Origin: a virus
Taxonomy: Duplodnaviria; Caudoviricetes
Length of the DNA: 28,351 nt
Strand: one strand, 5' to 3'
IMG/VR virus record: IMGVR_UViG_3300027785_000108
Location: 1-28,351 of that record
Position 1 is the stretch's first letter. Every line of letters begins with the position of its first letter. The notes below the pieces were generated by a model that did no database searches, was not told where the DNA came from, and saw nothing but the letters and a program-made list of their open reading frames with translations. This document shows, piece after piece, positions 1 through 7,108 of this stretch. The position numbers and the translations under genes were made by a program.

Positions 1-1932
1 TATATATGATTTTTGTTTAGGTAACATACTTTTCATATATTCATTCTCATCTTCTGAATTTTGAATTGTTGTTATCTCGTTAAATATTCTTTTAAGTTCT
101 TCCTTTGCATCTGAATTAAAGCGAGCAATAATAGGTATAATTTCTCCATCGTTATCAGTTTTTAGTACTTTCTTAAATGATTGGAATAAAGTAATAATAT
201 AATTTTTATACCATTCTAATATTTCTTCATCCATTTCTTCATCGTTCCATTCTTCAATCTTTACATTTGGAAACGATGTTAAAACCCTATCTATAAAACC
301 GTTATCTTTATTTTCAATAGTAAAAACCTGACTTAATACACTTGGTTGAATACCTCCTAATATTGGAATAATTGGACTTGAAACAAAGTTAGATTCGCTA
401 GTCTTTCTGTTTAATGCAATTGCTTTATTTGACCAACTAGATAACCAAAATTCAAGATCTGAACCAGCTCTGTATTTATTCATGTCTTTAAACCATCCAG
501 CTAACTCATCTTTCATTACTGCTATACCATTCTTATTTTCTGAATGAAGTTGTACTAATGCTTCCAAAGTAATATCCGAAACAATAAACTGGCTTTTAAT
601 CGGTTGCTCAATATGTTCTGTTTCTGCTTTCTCTTTTTTAGTCAAAGCATTATATTCGTTAAATCTTTGACAATTTTTAGCATATTTTTTAATCTCTAAA
701 TTATTTAAAAAATTTAAAGGATAAGTAATAATGTCTAAATTGTGAGATTTACCAACTCCAGCCTTTCCAACAATAGCTAACCAAATATTAACACTTTCAA
801 TCCATCCTTTTTTAACCTCACACTTTACCGTATTACCAATTATAATTGACATTAACCAAAGCATAGAACAACCCATATAATCTATTGAACTACTTAATGT
901 ACGATTACATTCTAACATATAATTCTGAATAGAAGTAGGGAATATTTCAATAGGAAAAACTAAATCTTCTTGTTTAATTTCAATCTGTCTTTCAAGTTGT
1001 TCAACTTTCTTAACTATTCTACTTCCAAAACCTTTTGAGTAAATATCCTTTGATGCTTCTTTAAAATCTCCATTAAAATATTTATAAGTAAATACTTGGA
1101 ATGGACTTAATAAAGTTTCATTTGGGTAAATTGTACCAGTTGAAAAAAGAAACATAAAACCAGTATCATTAAAGATATATCCTGAATGTTCCGAAGTTGC
1201 TCCATCTCTTTTAATTACATTCTTATTTTTTAATCTTCTAACAATAGTAAATTCAGATTCTATTAATTCCCATACTGATGTTTTTTCGTTAAAATCATCC
1301 CAAGGTTTAATTTCATTTTCATTATACTCAGTAACTTTCTTTACTACTTCATTAACTGGATTCTCTGTAATAATATCTTTTTTGCTATCAAAGTATTTTG
1401 AAACACCAAATAAAACATCTCTATCTTGAATAGATATAGTTTGAATTTCCGAATAATTTAGTTTACTTACTTTACGTTCATAAATAAAAACATAACCGCC
1501 TATCCCTCTAGTTTCAATAATAGCCTCTTTACAGTCGCTTAAAGTTGCTATCTTTTGATTACCGCCAACTTGATCACATCTATAAAGAATATGGTAACCG
1601 TTTGAAACAGTTTTATAGATTACAAATTTATCCTCAAAATCTGCTATGTTATCTTGTAAAAAAGATAAATATTCATTCCAAAACTCTGTTTGTTTTTGAA
1701 GTGTTGGAAGTACTTTTAAATCAATATCAAATACTTCTAACCCATTGTAACCAGTGCAAAAACCTTGACCTTTAGTAGATTCTAATTCATATGCTTCTTC
1801 AAAAGCATCTTTTGTAAATGGTACTTCTTGTCTAATCTTCCAAGGGATATTTGGAATTTTCTTTTCTCCAATTGTGATTACTGAATAACCATCGTCTAAA
1901 AACTTTTTTAACTTACCTAATTCTAATTTCAT
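1..1932 (-). CDS. Bifunctional primase-polymerase (Prim-Pol) N-terminus fused to DUF3987-like P-loop domain; 3' truncated by window edge
   Basis: Not in ORF track; manual translation from ATG 1932 (MKLELGKLKKFLDDGYSVITIGEKKIP). Prim-Pol motifs VFDIDLK, KTVSNGYH, ETRGIGGYV; later IWLAIVGKAGVGKS (Walker A) and DELAGWFKDMNKYRAGSDLEFWLSSW as in DUF3987 proteins. Confidence 0.88.
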   Translation of the reverse strand, partial: MKLELGKLKKFLDDGYSVITIGEKKIPNIPWKIRQEVPFTKDAFEEAYELESTKGQGFCTGYNGLEVFDIDLKVLPTLQKQTEFWNEYLSFLQDNIADFEDKFVIYKTVSNGYHILYRCDQVGGNQKIATLSDCKEAIIETRGIGGYVFIYERKVSKLNYSEIQTISIQDRDVLFGVSKYFDSKKDIITENPVNEVVKKVTEYNENEIKPWDDFNEKTSVWELIESEFTIVRRLKNKNVIKRDGATSEHSGYIFNDTGFMFLFSTGTIYPNETLLSPFQVFTYKYFNGDFKEASKDIYSKGFGSRIVKKVEQLERQIEIKQEDLVFPIEIFPTSIQNYMLECNRTLSSSIDYMGCSMLWLMSIIIGNTVKCEVKKGWIESVNIWLAIVGKAGVGKSHNLDIITYPLNFLNNLEIKKYAKNCQRFNEYNALTKKEKAETEHIEQPIKSQFIVSDITLEALVQLHSENKNGIAVMKDELAGWFKDMNKYRAGSDLEFWLSSWSNKAIALNRKTSESNFVSSPIIPILGGIQPSVLSQVFTIENKDNGFIDRVLTSFPNVKIEEWNDEEMDEEILEWYKNYIITLFQSFKKVLKTDNDGEIIPIIARFNSDAKEELKRIFNEITTIQNSEDENEYMKSMLPKQKSYI

Positions 1933-1937
1933 AAATG

Positions 1938-2273
1938 TTACTTTTTAACTTTATCTTTTATACAATTTTCTCTATTAGTAATTAATTGTATATTTTCAAT
2001 ACGATTATCTAATGGATTATTATTAATATGGTCTACTATTAATTCATAACCATTTGGTTTATGATTAAGAAAAGCCATTGCAACTAATTGGTGAACTCTT
2101 TTAGTAATAGATTTTTTTTTGTAATGAAAATTAACAATAAAATAACCAGTAGTATCCTTGCACTGTTTTAAAATTCGTTCTTTTTCACATTTTAAACTTT
2201 TTACTCTTCCAATATTACTCACTTCATACTCTCCCTCGTAATAAGGAACTGCTTTCCATTCTTCTTTTTTCAT
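1938..2273 (-). CDS. NUMOD4-HNH endonuclease
   Basis: EEWKAVPYYEGEYEVSNIGRVKS (NUMOD4) and VHQLVA..VDHINNNPLDNRIENIQLITNREN (HNH). Start moved to ATG 2273 because the upstream part of the track ORF is a structured leader. Confidence 0.9.
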   Translation of the reverse strand: MKKEEWKAVPYYEGEYEVSNIGRVKSLKCEKERILKQCKDTTGYFIVNFHYKKKSITKRVHQLVAMAFLNHKPNGYELIVDHINNNPLDNRIENIQLITNRENCIKDKVKK

Positions 2274-2283
2274 ATTTATTAAT

Positions 2284-2380
2284 AAAAAAAAACCCCACAA
2301 ATCATTAAGGTTCTCACGTCTTAAATCATTGTAGGGTTTTAAATACCTTTCGTTACTATAATGTGAGAACGTAACCGTAT
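2284..2380 (-). ncRNA. Structured leader/attenuator with two hairpins and complementary loops
   Basis: Stems GUUAC/GUAAC and AAAACCCUACAA/UUGUGGGGUUUU plus U tract; loops GUUCUCAC and GUGAGAAC are exact complements. Confidence 0.7.
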
Positions 2381-2381
2381 A

Positions 2382-2389
2382 CAAATATA
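2382..2389 (-). promoter_or_regulatory. Bacteroidota -7 promoter element TATATTTG
   Basis: Matches TAnnTTTG directly upstream of the leader. Confidence 0.7.
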
Positions 2390-2438
2390 ATCATTATTAT
2401 TTAATAAATAACTTTTTTATATAAATAAATAATTTTAG

Positions 2439-2633
2439 TGTAAAGAATTGTAAAGCAGATGTAAAGCTGTTTTTTACACATTTTAACTGATTATCAATGT
2501 TTTAACTCAAAAACTTTACACTTTACACTTTTTGAAAATATTTTTTTTATTTTATTATTTTTTTAAATTATTAACTGTAAAGTAAAGCAGTTAAGTAATT
2601 GATTATCAATTAAAATTACTTTACAACTTTACA
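2439..2633. repeat. Candidate replication origin: two inverted iteron clusters around an A/T tract
   Basis: TGTAAAG at 2439, 2449, 2460, 2576; CTTTACA at 2514, 2521, 2619, 2627; TGATTATCA at 2488 and 2600; nearly pure A/T spacer ~2530-2574. Confidence 0.65.
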
Positions 2634-2817
2634 CTATAATTTTATTCTTCGTTCTTTTCACTAACTTTTTTTTATTCTCCCTACCACTTCTAATTTTCTG
2701 CTGAGTTTTTATACTTTGCTTGTCGTATTTCAGCATCGTTTTACGTTGGGTGATCATATTGGATTCATGGATGGAATACGAGCAACTGGAGAGCAATAAA
2801 ATTAAAAGGTATTTCAT
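2629..2817 (-). CDS. Small basic putative lipoprotein
   Basis: MKYLLILLLSS-C lipobox-like signal; K/R-rich C-terminus. Confidence 0.6.
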   Translation of the reverse strand: MKYLLILLLSSCSYSIHESNMITQRKTMLKYDKQSIKTQQKIRSGRENKKKLVKRTKNKIIV

Positions 2818-2829
2818 AGGTGTAAAGAT

Positions 2830-2863
2830 AAAAAAAACCTCGCTAAATTAATAACGAGGTTTT
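2830..2863 (-). terminator. Intrinsic terminator
   Basis: AAAACCTCG..CGAGGTTTT stem, long T run on the minus strand. Confidence 0.75.
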
Positions 2864-2926
2864 AAGATTACACTTTTAAATTTTTGTTTAAGTATTTAAA
2901 TTTTCTCAGGATTCAAAATACTTTCA

Positions 2927-2934
2927 CAAATATA
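2927..2934 (-). promoter_or_regulatory. -7 promoter element TATATTTG
   Basis: Consensus match in intergenic DNA. Confidence 0.55.
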
Positions 2935-2948
2935 GTATTTTTTTTAAT

Positions 2949-3176
2949 CTATTCACTATCATCGCAAATATATTTAGATTTAAAATTACTCAAAGCATAT
3001 CCGAATAACTCTCGTCTGTTGTGCTTCATAAGTACTTTACTCCGTAAATGTTCACCGTAGGCTATTTGTTTAATGCTTTTAATCGTTTTAAAGAAGTTAT
3101 ATAATTTTCTGTGCTGATTGTTACCTGGTGAACTTAGGTAACATTTGAAGCGAATTTCTCTTGATAAATCTTCCAT
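2949..3176 (-). CDS. Hypothetical protein
   Basis: 75-aa ORF closely packed with upstream gene, AATTATG start context. Confidence 0.6.
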   Translation of the reverse strand: MEDLSREIRFKCYLSSPGNNQHRKLYNFFKTIKSIKQIAYGEHLRSKVLMKHNRRELFGYALSNFKSKYICDDSE

Positions 3177-3178
3177 AA

Positions 3179-3493
3179 TTACTTAACTTTAAATGTTTGT
3201 TCAACAATACTTCTAAACTCTTTTAAATTGTCGGTGTGTTCCTGTGCAAGTTGATCTTTATCTTCGTTGCTATTCTTGTAATAAAGACTATTTGCGTTTT
3301 TCTCTAAAACTTTTATTACATCGTTGGTGAAGAACTCAGGCATCACACTATTTAATTCCTCGAAGTACTCAATGAATAAAGGAGTCCAAGTTACTATTAT
3401 ACCAATTAGCTTATCGTAGTGTTTCTTATCCTCTAAGTACATTTGCTCTCTGTATTCTCGAGCTAACTTTCTTTTGTATTTTATCTGTGTCAT
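3179..3493 (-). CDS. Hypothetical protein
   Basis: 104-aa ORF, ATGA overlap with upstream gene. Confidence 0.7.
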   Translation of the reverse strand: MTQIKYKRKLAREYREQMYLEDKKHYDKLIGIIVTWTPLFIEYFEELNSVMPEFFTNDVIKVLEKNANSLYYKNSNEDKDQLAQEHTDNLKEFRSIVEQTFKVK

Positions 3494-3918
3494 AACTTTA
3501 CTCGTTTTAAATCAGATTTTAAATTAGAAGTACATTCACGAAAGTACTTATCGGACTTTAATTTCTGATATTGTCCTAAATAGTAAATAATAGTATCATG
3601 TTTTAAGTCAAAGAAGCTTCCAATAAATTGTAGTGTCATCGTTGTATGTTGTTTTAAGTAGTTAACAAGGACTATTCGATTATAAACTAACATTTGCTTA
3701 CGGCTTCTATTTTTAAGGCCGTACAATTCAATTAAATCTAGTAACTTAATCGGTGTTTGTTCCGTTGGCTCAACTTCTTCTGTCGGTGTGTATTCCAGAA
3801 CCTCGTTTACAAAATTGTCTAGTCCATCTAAATCAAACTGTATCTTTGTGTTAAACCTAATCGACTGTAGTATATTTAGTTCTAATCCTAAGTCTTTCAG
3901 CATTTTTAAGTTTTTCAT
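3490..3918 (-). CDS. Protein with DnaA domain IV-like helix-turn-helix
   Basis: RSRKQMLVYNRIVLVNYLKQHTTMTLQFIGSFFDLKHDTIIY resembles the Bac_DnaA_C pattern; no AAA+ domain. Confidence 0.7.
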   Translation of the reverse strand: MKNLKMLKDLGLELNILQSIRFNTKIQFDLDGLDNFVNEVLEYTPTEEVEPTEQTPIKLLDLIELYGLKNRSRKQMLVYNRIVLVNYLKQHTTMTLQFIGSFFDLKHDTIIYYLGQYQKLKSDKYFRECTSNLKSDLKRVKL

Positions 3919-4151
3919 ATTGTTGTCGGTTTTTCTGCTAATGCTATTGCTATTGTTTCACTCTCGAATCTCATATTTTTATATAATTCGCTCCATTGTA
4001 CCTGATAACCTTTGTCGAATAGTAGTTTCTCCATTTCAGGTGTGTACCATCCTAATAAACTAACTTTGTATTGAGTAATGTCAACACTAAAAAAGTTCTC
4101 TAAGTTCAATTCGTAGTGAAGTTTTGTTACTAAGTCTAATTTGCTTTTCAT
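3915..4151 (-). CDS. Hypothetical protein
   Basis: Start moved to ATG 4151 (MKSKLDL), just after the stop of the 4156-4311 ORF. Confidence 0.65.
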   Translation of the reverse strand: MKSKLDLVTKLHYELNLENFFSVDITQYKVSLLGWYTPEMEKLLFDKGYQVQWSELYKNMRFESETIAIALAEKPTTI

Positions 4152-4155
4152 AATC

Positions 4156-4311
4156 TTATTTGTTTTTTGGTTTATACTCATTGCGATCCCATCCTTTTTT
4201 AACTTTTCCTAATTCTACGGCATACATTCCGAAGAACCACATCGACCATTGATTGAAATTCTCGGGTCTGTCTTTTGGGAATACTGTTTTACTGATTTTA
4301 ATTGTTTTCAT
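4156..4311 (-). CDS. Small hypothetical protein (51 aa)
   Basis: Manual: MKTIKISKTVFPKDRPENFNQWSMWFFGMYAVELGKVKKGWDRNEYKPKNK; AAAAATTATG context; fills the gap. Confidence 0.7.
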   Translation of the reverse strand: MKTIKISKTVFPKDRPENFNQWSMWFFGMYAVELGKVKKGWDRNEYKPKNK

Positions 4312-4351
4312 AATTTTTACTTTTAGTTGTTTATATTTTTAAGATACTTGC

Positions 4352-4540
4352 TTATTTAAAAACAAGTATCTCTTTAACACTGATTAGTGCATTTATTCCA
4401 CCTATTGGAGCATAAGGTTTATCTTCATTCGGTAAATAACCAAATTTATCACCTAATGTAGCAACGTATAAATTACGTTTACCACCTAAACCGAAACCTA
4501 TTGTTTCTCTACCTACTTTTAAAAATTTAATTGCTTTCAT
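4352..4540 (-). CDS. Hypothetical early protein
   Basis: First ORF after the promoter at 4573; CTAAAAATTATG context. Confidence 0.7.
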   Translation of the reverse strand: MKAIKFLKVGRETIGFGLGGKRNLYVATLGDKFGYLPNEDKPYAPIGGINALISVKEILVFK

Positions 4541-4572
4541 AATTTTTAGTATTAATTGCGTTTTGTATATGA

Positions 4573-4580
4573 CAAATATA
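4573..4580 (-). promoter_or_regulatory. -7 promoter element TATATTTG
   Basis: Consensus match downstream of a terminator and upstream of a gene run. Confidence 0.7.
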
Positions 4581-4639
4581 AGTACTCTTTATTGAACTAC
4601 CAAACAATATTCACATTATTTTTAAAATAATTAACAAGC

Positions 4640-4673
4640 AAAAAAATAACTGCCTAGTATTTAGACAGTTATT
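4640..4673 (-). terminator. Intrinsic terminator
   Basis: AATAACTGTCTAA-ATA-CTAGGCAGTTATT followed by T run on the minus strand. Confidence 0.65.
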
Positions 4674-4738
4674 GATAAATTATTTTTTTTGTTGTATATG
4701 CGAGATATAGCGACAATAAGCAAGTTATATGAAATAGC

Positions 4739-5422
4739 CTAACAATTCTCGCTTCGTGCTTCAGATGCCAACGTGGGCAATACTTCACTCCATTGTTCCG
4801 CAATAGCATTCGCAATCCCTTGAAATGTTTTACTTCTTAGTGTTCGTAAATGTTCTGGTGATTTTGATTGTTGTAAACATTCATAAATCCAAGTTGCTTG
4901 TCGTTTCTCCTTACCTGTTTTTTTATCAATCCACGTTTTAAACTCCCCCTTTTCAACTACGTTTGTATGTTTTAACTTTGGTAAGTTTTTCAACCATAAA
5001 CAAGTGCTTTTGCTTGCTTTTTCTCCAAAATGATACGGGTGTACAATTTGGTCAGGTTTTCTAATTTGACTGCTAATCACACTCACTGGATTTTCAATAG
5101 CTATTCTTTCAATAGGTGCATTCATAAGTTTTCGTACAAAATCAAGTGCATCTTCTTGATTATTCTTTCTCGTTTCATTTATGCTTCCATCCTTATTGTA
5201 CATTGCCCATGCACCTGCAACCGATAAATATGTACAAGGTGGGTGAGCGATCATTAAATCCCAACCTTTATTAATCACTTCAAATACATCTTGTTGTAAA
5301 TGCCATTCGGGGTATCCTCCACTGCAAGGAAGTAAATCACAACTAAATGCTTCATGTCCTAATTTTCTAAATGCTTTTGTTATTGCTTGGCTTTCTTCAC
5401 AAGCTACTAATATTCTTGCCAT
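4739..5422 (-). CDS. Short DNA cytosine-C5 methyltransferase-like protein
   Basis: Catalytic-type AHPPCTYL and IENPVS motifs; N-terminal LVACEES, SCDL; C-terminal RSKTFQGIANAIAEQW. Confidence 0.8.
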   Translation of the reverse strand: MARILVACEESQAITKAFRKLGHEAFSCDLLPCSGGYPEWHLQQDVFEVINKGWDLMIAHPPCTYLSVAGAWAMYNKDGSINETRKNNQEDALDFVRKLMNAPIERIAIENPVSVISSQIRKPDQIVHPYHFGEKASKSTCLWLKNLPKLKHTNVVEKGEFKTWIDKKTGKEKRQATWIYECLQQSKSPEHLRTLRSKTFQGIANAIAEQWSEVLPTLASEARSENC

Positions 5423-5459
5423 AATTTACTATGTTTTAAATTTATTTTAGTGGCTACTT

Positions 5460-5536
5460 CATATAACAAGTGTTACAAGATAGTAGCAAGTACTGTGTTT
5501 AATATGCTACCATCGTGTAGCACCATCCGTTATATG
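5460..5536 (+). other. attC-like imperfect palindrome
   Basis: CATATAAC-AA-GTGTTACA-A-GAT-A-GTAGCA-(16 nt)-TGCTAC-C-ATC-G-TGTAGCAC-CATCC-GTTATATG. Confidence 0.7.
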
Positions 5537-5692
5537 CTATTTTTGAAATGACTTAACTACTTCCTTAAATTCACAAATTCGCTCAATTGGAATCAATGCC
5601 TTTACAATCTTTGCGTTGTTTATCTTCGGGCGACCTGCTGAACGGTAGGTAGTTTGTTTCACTTCCTTTATTACTTCTATATTCTGTTTCAT
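5537..5692 (-). CDS. Small putative DNA-binding protein with AGRPK motif (51 aa)
   Basis: Manual: MKQNIEVIKEVKQTTYRSAGRPKINNAKIVKALIPIERICEFKEVVKSFQK; stop codon abuts the cassette junction. Confidence 0.65.
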   Translation of the reverse strand: MKQNIEVIKEVKQTTYRSAGRPKINNAKIVKALIPIERICEFKEVVKSFQK

Positions 5693-5789
5693 TTAATTCT
5701 AGTATTTGTAACTGTTCTTTTTCTTTGTGTGTTCTAAGGCATAGTATTAACACTATGCCTATTGAAGCTCCTATTAATATCTTATACAT
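5583..5789 (-). CDS. Small membrane-anchored hypothetical protein
   Basis: Hydrophobic N-terminus ILIGASIGIVLILCL; 3' half overlaps the 5537-5692 ORF. Confidence 0.45.
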   Translation of the reverse strand: MYKILIGASIGIVLILCLRTHKEKEQLQILELNETEYRSNKGSETNYLPFSRSPEDKQRKDCKGIDSN

Positions 5790-6222
5790 TCTTAATTGAT
5801 ATTGAATTTTTGCTAAACGTTATAATTGGACGTTTAAGTATCTCTCCAGTTGATTCATCTAAACTAGCCAACGATGATAAAGCCACTTGTTTATATTTAT
5901 CTTCAATCTCTTTTAAATTAGCCTTAGCGATTTGATACTCCTCAATATTAGAATAGTCAATCATTCGTCTACCCTCTACTTTAGTAACTTTAAAGTTTCC
6001 AAAGTTAAATGTCTTTTCTGTACGTTTTTCTGCTTCCTCAATTGCTAAAGATTGCACTTCTATTTTAACTTTCTGTGCAAGGTCTTCAATCTCTTTCGCT
6101 TTACCGTACAACTCTAACGGGTTTAACTCACCATTCCTAACCGCTTCAATTAGTATTCCGAAGTAATCTTGCAATGTTGTTGGTGTAACTTCTATTACGC
6201 TTTGTCTTTGTAAATTTTCCAT
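5782..6222 (-). CDS. Hypothetical protein next to ERF gene
   Basis: 146-aa ORF in operon context. Confidence 0.8.
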   Translation of the reverse strand: MENLQRQSVIEVTPTTLQDYFGILIEAVRNGELNPLELYGKAKEIEDLAQKVKIEVQSLAIEEAEKRTEKTFNFGNFKVTKVEGRRMIDYSNIEEYQIAKANLKEIEDKYKQVALSSLASLDESTGEILKRPIITFSKNSISIKNV

Positions 6223-6227
6223 AATTT

Positions 6228-6740
6228 CTATTTGTTTGTTATTTCGTTAATTTCTAAAACTTGCTTAGGTGTTAATGTATAGGCTTTAATTAATTTGTCA
6301 AATACATCTAACTCTAATCCTTCATACCTAGCCACCGCTTTGTCAAATAAAAGGTCTGAGCAAATTGGTAACTGTTTAGGTTGTGGTTGACTTGCTAACT
6401 GCCCATCGTCGTCCATCGCTTGCATAGATAATAAACTTTGTAAAGTATATCTACGATAGTAAGTAATTGCACTACCCATTGCCTGAGGTGTTCCAGTTGT
6501 TGGTAAATCAATAAATGATTCAATTGATTGTTCTGATTCAGCATCTACTATTCTAGTGTAAACTTTCCCATTTTCAATAGGTTGTAATAATATTAAACCC
6601 TTAGATAATAGTATTGGCTCAACTGTTTCAATTAATGCGTTTATATCCGCATAAGTGTTTTTAAAATGTGGGTTAGTTTTTGTTTTTAAAACTTTTCCCA
6701 TTTCTAATTTTGCCTCTAATAATTTTGCGTAGATTTTCAT
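6228..6740 (-). CDS. erf: ERF-family ssDNA annealing protein
   Basis: NPHFKNTYADI, QAMGSAITYYRRYTL and DDDG signatures. Confidence 0.92.
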   Translation of the reverse strand: MKIYAKLLEAKLEMGKVLKTKTNPHFKNTYADINALIETVEPILLSKGLILLQPIENGKVYTRIVDAESEQSIESFIDLPTTGTPQAMGSAITYYRRYTLQSLLSMQAMDDDGQLASQPQPKQLPICSDLLFDKAVARYEGLELDVFDKLIKAYTLTPKQVLEINEITNK

Positions 6741-6952
6741 AATTCTGATTCTATTTGTAAATTAATTCTCTCCTTAATGTCAATGATTTGATCTTCGTTA
6801 AGTAGGTCTGAAACCTCTATATCCCTAACGTAAATAAACAAGTCATACATTTGACCGCCTGATTCTGGCTCGTGTTCTGTTTCCTCTGAAATTGGGTAAA
6901 TTTCAAACTCACATCTTAATTGTACATCTCTGTACTCGATTGTTGCTTCCAT
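6737..6952 (-). CDS. Acidic hypothetical early protein
   Basis: 71 aa, D/E rich, first gene after the promoter at 6981. Confidence 0.75.
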   Translation of the reverse strand: MEATIEYRDVQLRCEFEIYPISEETEHEPESGGQMYDLFIYVRDIEVSDLLNEDQIIDIKERINLQIESEL

Positions 6953-6980
6953 AATTTTTAGTTTTTAGTTATTACTTCGA

Positions 6981-6988
6981 CAAATATA
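6981..6988 (-). promoter_or_regulatory. -7 promoter element TATATTTG
   Basis: Consensus match heading the ERF operon. Confidence 0.75.
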
Positions 6989-7033
6989 CGAAACTTATTT
7001 TAATAAACAATGCCTTTTATTATTTATTTTAAC

Positions 7034-7064
7034 AAAAAAAAAGCGAATGAACTGAATCACTCGC
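7034..7064 (-). terminator. Terminator ending the late/lysis operon
   Basis: GCGAGTGA-TTCAGT-TCATTCGC followed by nine T on the minus strand. Confidence 0.85.
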
Positions 7065-7108
7065 CTTAATTAACCAAAACCTAAAATTATGAAATACGAA
7101 GATACTAA

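Larger units (their letters stand above)
4724..5536. mobile_element. Integron-cassette-like unit carrying the methyltransferase
   Basis: GTTATATG direct repeat at 4724 and 5529; attC-like hairpin 5460-5536; 4724-4739 is a 15/16 reverse complement of 5452-5467. Confidence 0.7.

Noticed and set aside
2301-2328. SECIS-like UGAU/UGAU quartet
   Set aside because: No in-frame UGA recoding target; more likely a generic tandem G.A motif.
2274-2384. N-terminal extension of the HNH ORF
   Set aside because: Covers the promoter, structured leader and U tract; NUMOD4 begins at 2273.
2439-2633. CRISPR array
   Set aside because: Repeats are 7 nt, inverted and irregularly spaced.
4342-4371. AGATACTTG/CAAGTATCT hairpin as terminator
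   Set aside because: No U tract on the coding strand; at most a stability element.
4724-5467. Insertion sequence with terminal inverted repeats
   Set aside because: No transposase; the GTTATATG repeat lies inside the inverted repeat and an attC-like hairpin adjoins it, fitting a cassette better.
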